Made by a program: the position numbers and the translations under genes. From assembly GCA_964187785.1 (NCBI GenBank), contig OZ076409.1, positions 3,350,001 through 3,414,000 of the forward strand: DNA of 64,000 nt, written 5' to 3'. This document shows positions 27,193 through 39,189 of the stretch, piece after piece. Under the pieces are notes generated by a model, which was not told the origin of the DNA, searched no databases, and saw only the letters and a list, made by a program, of their open reading frames with translations. The stretch comes from Amphiscolops sp. MND2022 (Eukaryota). Positions within the stretch are counted from its first letter, which is position 1, and the number at the start of each line of letters is the position of its first letter.

Positions 27193-27550
27193 CATCGTTT
27201 CCGCGTAAATGAAGCATATCAGATGTTAAATGAACAACCAATAGAAATTGACTAGCTTGCTACAACAAATCTCAAATAATGTGAACGAAATGGTGGCTTG
27301 AATAAAAGTGTGAGCAGACGCCGCATACGATTTTGTGTACATGTAGCATTCTTTGGTCAGCGTTTGTTCAATTTGAAAGCGACGTTGGTGATTCTTATTC
27401 GCTAACTCACTTGGAAGCTGATATTGTTCACTTGACTTCTGATTCTAAAGCACATTTAGTTTAGTTGCCGGTGATTGGCTGAAAATTTGGAACGAAAGCT
27501 GAGACGATTCATTTAACATCTGATATGCTTCACTCAACGCGGAAACGGTG
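27193..27550. mobile_element. Tc1/mariner-type MITE
   Basis: About 40-bp TIR CATCGTTTCCGCGTAAATGAAGCATATCAGATGTTAAATGA with an inverted copy at the right end; TA on both sides. Confidence 0.85.
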
Positions 27551-28610
27551 TATTACAATTTTTTTTACACACTAATTCCACACATATTCAAACCTTTCCT
27601 ACAAATTAGTTGCTCAGAATGCAAAGAATCTGATTGGTTCACAAAGCCTCGCTGTTCAAATCTCATTGGTTTAATGAGCCTCGATGGCACACAAAAATCA
27701 GTATTTTCAATATTTTTCTGTCTTTTGGGGATAATTTTTACATGGAAATTATACCAAAAAATTTCTCTGATTTTTCTCAATCCCATGATAGTTTTTGTTT
27801 GTGGAAATCACGAAGAAAACAAAAACGGGAGCACTTTTTCGTTCAGTAAAATTGGAAATACATGTATTAAGATAGGAATTTCAGACTTACACTTGGTAAA
27901 ACTCCCACCAATATACATTTTCCAAATATATCCAAAATCAAATTTCATCTTCGTTTTCGAGAGATTTGAGTGTATCTGCAAGGCAAAATTTATCAAAAAG
28001 TATTTATTGGATCACTGATACTTTCTCAAAAATTAGCAATTTTAGGCATTTTCCTCCCAAAATCATATGTTTCTAACTTCGAAACAATTATGGTTGAAAT
28101 TTCAAACAAAAACCATTGTATTCATAGCAAAAATTCAAGAAAATATTGGGATCTTTTCTGTTAATAACCAGATTTTATTGAGCCTTTTTGAGCAGCTAAG
28201 TCGCATTCTTTTTTCACACCACTGTATGAACAATTATATGAAATGTATGTTGGTAAAATACGTAGTTGAGGGCGGAAAATATCCTGTTGCTCAATAAGCG
28301 CCTTGAGTTATTTGAATGCAATCAACTTTCTGCATTTTGGTGTCGAACCAAAGATGCGCATAATTGGAAGTCTTGCATTTCTTAGAAATAGAACAACTAA
28401 CAACCACTGCTGTTCGGCGTTTTTTTCATTGATCAATTATCAACCAACCAGTTTCATTGATTCACGAGCTCAATTGAATTCTTCCAACAAACATTAGATT
28501 TTAAACTTGAAGATTTTAGACAAAAAAAACCGAACCGAGTTTGAAATTTCCGGACCGCCGACGCCTACCTGACCTCCCTGACACACAATTGCTCTCCCTG
28601 ACACCGTGGC

Positions 28611-29097
28611 CAGGGCTTTTCAATAAATTATTTGTATTGCAATATATTGCAATATTTGTATTGCAATATATTTATTGGGAAGGGCAAAAGACAGCAATAA
28701 TATTGCAATATATTGGATTTTAAAACAAATTTAAAAATCATTCTTGTGGAGCATTTCTCAGAATTATAAAACAACCACACTATAGGCCTACTTAGATTTT
28801 TCTCAGAAACGTTCGCTATTCAACCTTTTCAATTCAAGTGCGCTTTTGCTATTTCTCAGAAATATAAAACACCATCCCATGCGATGTCCTTCGTGGCCTG
28901 ACTCAAACTGTTCAAATCTAATTTGGAAGTTTTTTGTTGATATTTAATGAAAAATAGATTTTTCCTTGCTTTTCTCTCCAGATTCTTCAAATTCAGCATA
29001 TTGCAATATATTTATTTTTGACAAAGTTTATTGCAATATATTTATTGGAAATATTTTGATCCAAAATAATATTGCAATATTATTTTGAAAAGCCCTG
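28611..29097. mobile_element. hAT-type MITE (487 bp)
   Basis: TIR CAGGGCTTTTCAA / TTGAAAAGCCCTG; perfect 8-bp TSD ACCGTGGC; subterminal palindromic TATTGCAATA repeats at both ends. Confidence 0.92.
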
Positions 29098-32000
29098 ACC
29101 GTGGCCACCCTGATGGGACTGTTTCTTTTTACCTCCTTAGTAGCCGCGGGGGAGGGGGGGTAGGCGGGGTAGGGGTTGAGAAATAAGAAACAAAGTTCAA
29201 ATACCATTATCTCGACTAATTGCGATGAAATTTTCGGTCAGTAAAATAGAGGCCCGTCTATACAACTTTGGCTTATTCCAGACGTGTTTTTTTCGGAACA
29301 ACATTGTCAGAAAATCAGGGTACCTTTGCTGGAAGTGTTTAAAACACTGCTGTAGAGAAAATCCCAAAGTATATTTGTAACCATACAAAATTCTTTATTT
29401 GTGCAAGAATTTTTTCAAGCATAAAAGGTTTTCGTGTTGAGGTTTACCTGGGGGGGGGGGGGTACGTTATAACATGGTCCTAAAAATGTATAGTGCGTGT
29501 AGTCAGAGATGTATAAAAATATGGCATTTAAATATAGACAATAAAATTTTTAGAAAAACATCTATTTTTGGTTTTGTGCAATAAAAATATTTATTTTGTT
29601 CAAGTGTATTTGCGTCTTGGGTCGATATTCTTTGGTACTCAATTTAAGGTTGGTAAGTATTACGACAAATATATGATTATAATCGTATACGCAAAATACA
29701 CGAAACTCAATTTCTCGGCCAATTATACAGAGATATTTAGATTTAGTAACTAGATGTGTAGAAAATCCATTCAGGAAGTGTTACCTTCAAAGTTTGGTAC
29801 CATCATTATTGGATTTAAATCCAAGACGTGTACAAGTGAGTTCTTTGTTGGAACAATGTATTTTTTTCACCACAGAATATAGGACAAAACATTTGATATT
29901 TTTATTGGTCACCAGGAACGAAGTAAATACATTTATTTTTCAAAAATATTACTTAAATGTTTTTACACCTCTGTGTGTAATTGTGTAATATGGCCATGTT
30001 TTTTTTGGGGGGGGGACGTATTGTTCAAAACGCATCACAACAATTAAAAAACTGGCGGTATCAACAAGAAGACAGGCAAAGACAACTCTCTCCTCTTTGT
30101 ATGAACGTGTGAATAAGAAACAAAAAGCATGCAAAATGAAGCATGTGAGACTAGAAAGAAAAAGACACACACACACTTTCACAATCCACTATGCATTCAC
30201 CATCCACGGCATTGCAAAATGCAGGAGCAGCTATGGTGTTGTGTAGCGACATAGAAGGCGAGCTATGTAGAGCTGCGGTGGCGGCGTCCGGTGTTGCGCA
30301 ATGGTGCAAAAGAGTTGGAAGAAGAGAAAGAAAGAAAGGGACGATGGTAAGAGAGAGAAAAAAGAAGGAGAGAAAGAGCATCATTTCATGAATTCACTTC
30401 AGTTCGGTCGTTGCCGCTCCCGCTGCCAACCGCTATTAAGGCCAATGCATGACATTATAGCGAAAGCGGCGGCGGCGGCGAAATAGAAATAATAATAATA
30501 ATAATAGCAATAAAAGATGGCCTGTGGCTGTTGATCTATTAAATGGCTAAACTGTGCTGTGTGCTACCTATGTGCTGAGGTGTGCCTTCTAACACGGGCA
30601 GTAATCAACACACAGGTAAACGGGGGCAATTGAAAGACCTCTTGTATGACGTAATCATCAGTTCACAACATTATTGCATCACCACGTTACATCACAACAT
30701 CGATAGTCATACCCCCCCATCCCCTACCAACCCCACAAACACCCCTCCCCCGCAATAACTTTGGTTGGGGGCCAAGAAAGGTCTGTAGAGTAAGCAGATT
30801 TGTTCATTGCATAAACTACTTCAACACAAACAGTGCGCACACAATTGCTCCTCCAATGATCAATTCACAGAATTCACAACGTGTACTTGTGTGAATCCCA
30901 GTTCAGGCTTTTATCAGAAGGCAGCAGCAGCACAAAAGAGGGCAGAGATGGTGCCAATTGGCAATTATGGGCGCCCTGGGACCATCAATAGGCGCAGTGT
31001 CCACTGCAATGCTACGTCTTGTGGAAATGTGATATGATTTAAAGCCGCCGTACCCTTAATGATGATTGTTCATCATCATGGCATGACGGGAGGAAAAGCC
31101 AGCCAAACAACACAAACATACCTCCTAGTAGGTAGGTAAGAAGGACAGGCATAAAAAACAAACAGCAAAGAAAAGAAAAGCAACAAAGACAGGGAAGGCT
31201 ATGCAGTCTGTATATAACACATGGGTTCTCCCACCTAATGTTAGCTCAAAGGACCAACGCCAGTGACATTCCGAAGTGAGACACTGCTGTGAATTAACCA
31301 ACACACTGACAAACGCCCATGCCTCGCCCATACACTTTCTTTCCATCACAGTCGACGCAGAAACCCCCCCCCCCAACCCAAACAAATCAACGCCTCCTTT
31401 GACCGTCACCTGATAATTTGACCGAAAAAGTGGTGCCGTAATAACAACACCAGTGCAATCTGTCAACTGATACCATGCAAATCTTACTACATGTACTGGT
31501 ACTCTTTCCTACAGTTCCATCGTCAGAAGCAACCTGAGGAGCAGCGGATATGTAAACGATATAAAACCAAACAACCTCCTCAATAATTGCAAATGACCGA
31601 TTAAGATGTCATGTCATAGGAGTGCCTCCTCCTCGTTTTTGATAGCTTGCCGACAAAAAGGACCCCTTTACTTAACAGCAACATCAAATGACAAACGATT
31701 CTCAATGTAATTATACTGAACACAGGATGAATTGAACAAGACGCCCGCTATGCGCCGGGATATTTTCCGCCTTCGATTGGCTAACAATAGACACTTAATG
31801 GAAAGTTTACCTCCTCTTTGGTAGAACGGAATTTACTTCGGATGTAAGGTCGAAATTCTGATATAACGCAAGATTTTCGAACTTCCGCTTCCTCCTCAGT
31901 AAAACACAATTTACTTCGGATATAACGTTAAAAGTTCAGATAAAGCGCGATGGGACAAATAGCAGCTCTTTTTCTAAGCACTAGGATAATGAAGTAATAA

Positions 32001-32313
32001 ATAAAACGGAGTGAAAAAGGGAGAATTGGCAAAACTTGTTAAAAAAAACGCAACACAGATTATGATTTTCTTGCCCCAAATAAATTTGAGGGGGGCGGAA
32101 AATAACATGGAATTTTGGTTGCCATGTATGCCGCCATACATGACCCGAAACCAGCCGCATTACAAATACTCCTCACTGTTTTTCGACTGTATTTTTACAG
32201 GAACAAACTAATAACGGCGCTATCGGAAAACGTTGAAGACCAAAAGGACGGATAAAGTCTCCAAGAAGTCCCTGCTTCGAGAAGAGCAGGATGATGAAAG
32301 ATGGCAAACAACA

Positions 32314-32773
32314 TTTTTAGTCGGCGCATTTTAGTAGAAAGTGGATAGTTTTTTTTCTACCATCTTACAGTGGGTAGATTTTTTAGACACGAAAGGTCCA
32401 CTTTTTTGTTCATTTGTTCAACAACCTCAAACCTCAACAACTTCAAACCTCAACAACTCCAACCTCAGAAGCGCGTCGAAAACGAAAAGAAAAAACAAAA
32501 CAGACGTTCAGAACCTCGAAAACACACTAAGAATCCCCACATAGCACCACTTTTTCGGCACTATGAGACTTTTTGAAACTTTTTACATTTTCGGCACTGT
32601 GACACTGTTCAAAAATCTCATTTTAATAATTTTTTTGGGAAATTTTTTCATGTCCCCAAAGGGTTCCCCTTTCATTTTTTGCAACCAGCTGGAGTTTCAC
32701 AAAGCCCGAAGGGTCCCCCCTTTTCAATTTTGAGCCTTAGATATGGCGCCGACTTTGGCCGTTCTCGGCTTGT
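32314..32773 (+). mobile_element. HINE-family copy (opposite orientation)
   Basis: TTTTTAGTCGGCG ... GGCGCCGACTTTGGCCGTTCTCGGCTTGT. Confidence 0.85.
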
Positions 32774-33533
32774 TTGGGCATGTTTTGAAAAGAATCACAG
32801 ACCACCAACTGATAATTGATCGAGTATTTCACCAACCATGCAGTTTTTGCTGTTGCGGCAGAGGGAGAAAACTAAAAGTGATCACCGTTTTTCGAAAACG
32901 CACAAAAAACAAGACAATTCAACAGCACATTTTTTCCCGTTTTAGCTACCACTATAGAGGTTGATGCGGTGATCTCATCTGCAAAACCATGAAAAATTGT
33001 TCGGCGAGTTTGGAGCTAAATAAAAAAAAGTTCAATCAAACAAGACTTCATTGGAGTTGTGGTGTGAGATTCAACCCATTTACTGACAAAAGTTCCCACT
33101 GAGAGATAGCATTAGGTCAAAATTAGGTAACGGTAAATCAGAAAAGTTACTTTTCATCCACGGGTGCCAAAAAGTACAATTATTCGCCCCGTAAGGTTTC
33201 AATAATGATTTTCATCAATAACAAAATTTTCAAAAAAAAAAACGATTTACCTCACCAGTTCTGGCACCGACGTACTTTTTATGCTGAAGATTTGAACGTT
33301 TTGGTTGATGACAAAAAGCCTGAGGTATATTAGACCGTGGCGAAGAGCAAAACGCTTCATCACCAGCTTTGGAAAACTCTGACTCGAATTGACTTGCATG
33401 TTTTTGACTTGAATGAATGGTGCTGGAAAACTAGCTGTTTTCTAATCTACTACCCCAAAACATAATAGCTGCTTGTTCAATTTCTTTCTCGAGAACTACG
33501 ATGAAGCAATTAGAACTCCAGTAATGCAGGGTG

Positions 33534-34040
33534 TTTTTAGTCGGCGCCTTTTCCCTTAAGGAAGAAAGCCCGACTCTTACAGTGAGTAGTTTTTTTTCAG
33601 TTGACAATCTCACTCTGAGTGGTCCACTTTACTTACAATTTGTTCATCTTTCATATTTGTTCATCTTCCATCTTCGACCAAGCCGGAGAGCGTGGGTTCG
33701 ATTCTCGCACTAAACCATAAATTTTTTATGCTTCCAAAAGTAGAGGCGAGACCAAAAGGTCCCCCCTTTGGGTTTTTTTCGGCACTATGCGACTTTTTTC
33801 GAAAATTTTTGAATTTTATCAAAGGGTACCCCCTTGCATTTTTTTGAAGTTTTCGGTTTGTAGAAAACGTTGAATGAGCCTGAATGACCTCTTTTTAGGT
33901 TTTTCGGCATTGTGCGACTTTTTTACCAAATACTTTTTTTTCCAAAATAAATATATTTTTTTCCAAATATTTCCAATAGTTGCTCCTTGAATATTTTTGA
34001 GCCTAAGATATGGCGCCGACTTGGGACGTTCCCGTCTTGT
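33534..34040 (+). mobile_element. HINE-family copy with a B-box-like segment
   Basis: TTTTTAGTCGGCGCCTTTTCCCTTAAGGAAGAAAGCCCGACT ... GGCGCCGACTTGGGACGTTCCCGTCTTGT; internal GTGGGTTCGATTCTC. Confidence 0.85.
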
Positions 34041-34559
34041 TCTTCATCGTTGTTTCTTCCTGGCTTCTATCTAGGTATTTAATTTCGCTTTTGTTGTTGC
34101 AAAAATATATGTTTCAGATATCAATCCGAAACTTAGTTAGGGGAATCCGGTATTGGTGAAAGCTCTTCGACTACGTGTGGAGCCAACTCAATGTTCTACA
34201 ACGAAACATCTATCTACACTTGGACAATCGTTTGTGGGAGTCTTACTGTCCAAATACATGGATCTATGTTAACATTCGAGCTCACCTGGTTAATCCAAAT
34301 AATGAAGTCCTCCATAATCAGAAGTCCATGATCTTTTCAGATATTTCTCAAGACCTTTCGCGCAGAGCATTCAGCCGTCTCTGTTCTGAGATGCGACTTT
34401 TCCGTATCTTGATGTTAGATATCGATTTATTTAAGTTGTTTAAAAGATTATTTGCGTTTCGTTCTCGGGTTCAAGATAGCAAACTACAATATAATTTTCG
34501 GACGAAAAATAATGATCCATCGTGATAAAACTTCATGATACAGATGGCATTCCAGAAAG

Positions 34560-34960
34560 ATGCGACAATGCAATAATTTCACGAACTATGTTCAAATGTC
34601 AAACAAGTAGTTTGAAAGGACATCGGTTGAAAGATCTAGGAATCATGATGGTAGCGAGTGAATTGGCCACACCGGGCCGAAAAACGATTTGCGAAAGCAA
34701 TCAAATCCTTTCAAACGATCGAAAAAGAAATCAGTTCAGACATTGTGGAAAGCAAAAAAATCTTGATAGTAGCTATATAGTCCCTATTGTACCCTATGGC
34801 AGTGTACTCTGGAAACCATCTGAAAGCAAAACTGAGAATTATAGGGAAGATTTGAAAAAGATACCGCATGGATCTTGCGTACATATCAGACTACCTATCA
34901 GACTCCTGCTACTCTCGTTTTACCATGAGCTGAACGATACATAAAGTGGCAGAAATATGT
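34560..34960 (+). pseudogene. Decayed CR1/L2-type LINE ORF2 C-terminal fragment
   Basis: KDLGIMM and SYIVPIVPYGSVLWKPS resemble the CR1 motifs KDLG(V/I) and YVRPILEYGSxVWxP; frameshifted; boundaries approximate. Confidence 0.6.
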
Positions 34961-35386
34961 TGACACCGACAACCATGAAAATCAGATGACGCGTTGTAGC
35001 GAAATTAAAATGTACAAAACCAGAAATTCGAACCAGTATCTATTTCGGCTGAAGACTGGAAGAAATCGAAGAAAACCGGCAGAAAGAAACTGTGACAAGA
35101 GTTTACCCTACATATTTTGAAACAAACACATATATGACCAAAATCAACCCTGTACCTGGGGACTGTGGTTGTTCAAGCTGCAGGGAAATGAAAAGAAACT
35201 TGACTTTGAATGAAAACTTTTTGGGGAACCACAAACTCCCCTGGGCAATAGCCCTAAATCTTTTAAACTAACTAATTACCAGAAGCGTAACTCACCAAAA
35301 GATGAAATTTAAAGTTTTGATCTTTCTAATAATAGTTATTGCCTTCCAAAACACAGAACACGACTTAAGAATACAATTAAACTCAC

Positions 35387-35889
35387 GTGAGAGCCTGCTG
35401 CTCGGAGGCATCTTCGTCACACTGTCTTTCTAAAACCTCTCTGATTTTCCTCTGCTCTTCTGCACTGAGACCTGACAGGTCTGGCAGCGGAGGCGCTTCT
35501 TTACTTTCATTCCTGGATGCAGCTGAGGAGCTGGATGTATGCTGAGGGGAAAAATAAACCTGGTTGTTTTTGGATTCTTCCGGTGGAAAATTTGAATTAT
35601 TCGATAATGCTGCGCTGGAGCGACTATTGGATAACCCAATAGGCGGCTGGTTGCGCGGAGGTGCAACCTGGGCAGATGGCTGGGACGGTTTAGTGAAAGT
35701 AGGCTGAGGTGCTCTGGTTGGTTGTGATGTTGTATTGAAAGATTGGGGTGTTGGAAAAGATGAAGGCACAGAAACAGGCGGCGCGGTCTTCAAAGCATTT
35801 TCAAGTGTTTCCGTGGGATTGAGAGACTGGATAGTTTCGGATATGGAATTTACTTTTGCAGCGGCGACGCCAAATAAAGAAGAGATCAT
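35387..35889 (-). CDS. RIMS (unc-10): RIM/UNC-10-like Rab3-interacting active-zone protein, first coding exon (Pro/Ser-rich N-terminus plus start of the Rab-binding helix)
   Basis: ATG at 35889 has an in-frame TGA just upstream (35910-35908). The exon ends PPLPDLSGLSAEEQRKIREVLERQCDEDASEQQAL, resembling RIM PDLSHLTEEERKIILAVMDRQKKEEEKEQ. Donor AC|GTGAGT at 35386 (phase 2). Confidence 0.85.
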
Positions 35890-36541
35890 GATCGATTGCG
35901 TTCAAACTCATAACTGCAGAATTCTGGGGAACAACTAAATAATTGCATTCAGATAATTTTGGTATAAGAAACGGCAACGAATCTGAAATGATCAATCTGA
36001 AATTTCATCCTCAAACTTCGAAGACGTTCCAATAATACTTATTTCATCACTCCATTATAAAACTTCAAAATCTCAAAACTGGTTGGATTACTGGATATAC
36101 TACTACTGAAGGAAGTCAATTATGTTTGACTTTGAGTTCTTTGAGTTTGAACCTCAATTCTTTGAGTTTCTGAATTGAGGTTCCTCCTGGGTCCTTTGAA
36201 CTCTCTGGTTGCATGATCCTTTCCTTATTTTTTTTATGTTTCCTATGTTGGTTGAATTTTTTTGTCTGCCGCCCGGGCTGGGGGCACATGATGAATACAG
36301 AAGCGTTTTTTAAGAAACGCTAATTGATGACGACGATCCAATTCTGATTGCCTAAAAAACAAATTATGTTTGACTAAAAACTACCATATTGGTTTCCAGT
36401 TATAAATGTCAACAATAACATGTCAAAAATCTCGCACGAGTATCTCTATCGTAAGTTTTTTCTTCTTATTCTTCTTTTTTTCTACTCCATCAGATATCAT
36501 GGATCTTCGTCATCAATCAAGTGCCATGTGTATCATCATGT

Positions 36542-36880
36542 GGGTGGGCGGAAATAGGTCGAAGGAACGGGATCGAAAATCAGAGTTAGTCCTCAGGTTG
36601 ACAAACCAAATTTTTGAATGGGATCGAAACAACTCGGATCGAAATTTTTATAACGTAGTCAGATATGTTCACATACCCCTAGTGCCCTGAATGCAGGAGC
36701 GAAGCGACGTGCCATATGGCCATGCCTCAATGTTGCTACTTGGCGAAGGGAGCGAAGCGACCGAGCCATACAACAAATACGATAAAATTAGACCGCATTC
36801 CATTCGATCCCTGCAATTCGATCAAAATGTTCGACCTCTGTCCTTTCGACCAGAAAAATTCGACCTATTTACTGCCACCC
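36542..36880. mobile_element. Mutator-like MITE (339 bp)
   Basis: TIR GGGTGGGCGGAAATAGGTCGAA / TTCGACCTATTTACTGCCACCC; perfect 9-bp TSD TCATCATGT. Confidence 0.88.
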
Positions 36881-37070
36881 TCATCATGTTTGGGGGGAGA
36901 AGACACACACACGTGGTCTGCAACGAAAGTAGGGGACCCCATACCAGCCACTAGAACAGTAGACCAGTAACAAAAAAAACAACCAACAGACTACTCAAAC
37001 CAGCCACAATAAAGTCGACCGGTAGAAATTTTTTAAAAGCTGCTATGATTTAAAGGTTAAAAAAATTAGG

Positions 37071-38595
37071 CTATATGTAATAAATTTCTTCAAACGCATC
37101 TCTGTCGCTCACAGTTCCTAAAACACAGGCCGCATTGCCGATCTGGAGAGCCATTGAAATCCGTTGCTTCAAGAAGCTGCCAGCTCGTTGATCGTCGTGC
37201 GAACGACAGGGTGTTTTACAGAGACGCGTGATGAAAATTTCACTCTGTAAAGAACCCTGTACTTCCAAGGCCACCGGCTAAAAATGTATCCATTGTCTAT
37301 TAATACGCGATACTTCTCAATTTTACGCGCTTCGGCCTCGGTGGCAGTGGTTCCCGGGTTGCATAAAAAGCCTTGATTCAGGCGACTGGGTGCAAGAGCA
37401 TCCACAACCGTGACATACCACACCAGCTGTTCGCCCATTTCCCGAGGGATCATGGTAACACCGCCTTTGCGTTTGCCATCAGTTCGGTACAGTCCTCGCG
37501 GTTCGAGCGAATTCCGGACGTTTCGGCAAAAGACGTTTCGGCAAAAACATGGCGGCGGACGTTTCGGCAAAAAAAATATGCCGAAACGTCTCGCATGATA
37601 TAGGAAAAACAAATTGTAGGAAGAACTTGTATTAAAGTCAACCAATCAACATTGTCAAACAATTTAAGTGTCAATTACTGAATCGATAATAAATATGTCA
37701 ACTCCCGGAAATATCATAAGGTGGGGCATATGCGGTGTATGCACGCTCGCCCTCACCGTCCCAAAGACCAGCTCCCACTACGATCGCTTCGCGATCTCCG
37801 TTCCCGCTAGGTCTTTGCTCCTGTTCGACCTCGCTTAGCAAGATGGGAATATAAGCAGCCCCAAGGGGCCGCAGGGCACTAGAGGAAATGGGGACATATC
37901 CGAGGGGTACTTGATATGAATTCCGGACGTTTCGGCAAAAGACGTTTCGACAAAATCATGGCGGCGGACGTTTCGGCAAAAAAAATTTGCCGGAACGTCT
38001 CGAATTTTTTTTTGCCGAAACGTCCTGTTCCCGTTCGAGCATTGAAGGCAAGTCGAGAGATCCAAACGTCTGCTTTATGAGAGAATTGAGAGTAGCATGA
38101 CGTGAGAAGCGACCAGCACCCTTGGTGCAAGAAAAACTGTGTAAGCCGTCCGGTTCAACTCTTTTACCACAGTGGCACGTATGCGCAACACAGATGTTGG
38201 CACCGAGGCGCAAAACAATTGAAATTCTAAATTGCTGATCACCAAGTTTCAGGCCTAGGTTCTTGCAAGGAACGACGTTTAGCCATTGAGACCCGAATTT
38301 ACCTTGATGAGCGTTGAAAATTTTCCAACGTTTGTCATCCATTCTAGAAATCAAATCTTGGGCAATTTTGACGAAGAGAGGTTGTGTCCAGTTTTTCTGG
38401 GTTCCATCGAGAGGACTTTCCTGTTCGATCGTCAAACTCAACCATTTCTCAAGCGCTTTTGTAAATGAAACATCTTGAATGTTTCCGAGAAAATCGTCGT
38501 CAGAAAGTCACCCGCACCAAAAGCTGAGGCCAGAAGGGCGGGAAGTGCTAATAATGATGCCAATGAAACCCCAAGACCGCCCATCTCAGCGGGCA
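37071..38595 (-). mobile_element. CRE-clade non-LTR retrotransposon 3' portion (post-RT region, CCHC knuckle, restriction-like endonuclease), decayed and interrupted
   Basis: PAEMGGLGVSLASLLALPALLAS; GSQWLNVVPCKNLGLKL; CHCG..DGLHSFSC; RHATLN; EPRGLYRTDGKR..GVTMIP..LVWxVTVVD; AEARKIEKY; QRISMALQIGNAACVLGT. Confidence 0.85.
37509..38032. mobile_element. Foldback DNA element with GACGTTTCGGC subterminal repeats (probably Mutator-like), inserted in the CRE element
   Basis: 8-bp TSD GTTCGAGC (37501-37508, 38033-38040); removal restores the CRE frame PSMLEPRGL; inverted GGACGTTTCGGCAAAA near both ends. Confidence 0.85.
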
Positions 38596-39189
38596 TGTCG
38601 TGTTTCTCGCAGATCAAGACGCTTTTCTATAAAAGCTAGTAATCACTAGATGGCAAATATCAAAGCACATATCAAAGGGACATCGGCATCAAAATTAAAA
38701 CATATGTCAATTACAGCAAAATACATTAAAGTCATTAATCAGTATACACATCATCCCCCTTCCAAGAGGTCTCATGGCTACAGTCGTTGAATCTTGGGTT
38801 CGGTTTCCTGACTCGTGCAGACCTCCTAATCGGCCCTCGGGAGTAGTAGAAGACATTACAATCAGAAACAAGTCTCCACTAGTAACGCATGTCGAAATTT
38901 GTTCCGCCACTCCCGTGGTCGTAGTACACTCTGTAGTTGATCTAGCCGTCACTAGATCAAGGGCAACGAAAATTGGACAGGCAAAGGGAGCAATTTGGCT
39001 TGTAGTCGCTAGAATTGTTCTCTCGGACCCGTCTGAAACTTCCTTAGTGAGCCATGCTGTATTATTGCCTTTCCTAACAACATACATTGCAGGAAAAGAT
39101 GCAGCGTCAGGTCAAGCACGAAAAACTACACGCTCTCCGATGGGATAATTGATGACAGCAGGGAGTCGCATTTTCCTTCCAAGCAGAAC

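Noticed and set aside
29147..29176. G-run cluster that could form a G-quadruplex
   Set aside because: Isolated low-complexity tract with no supporting context.
30151..30384. Minus-strand ORF with a GTGAAT donor-like site as an alternative RIM exon
   Set aside because: No acceptor/donor pair giving an open phase 2-2 exon was found.
31492..31537. Possible RIM cassette exon (CTCCTCAG|...|GTAAGA on the minus strand)
   Set aside because: It is 46 nt, not frame-preserving, and contains TAG in the required phase-2 frame.
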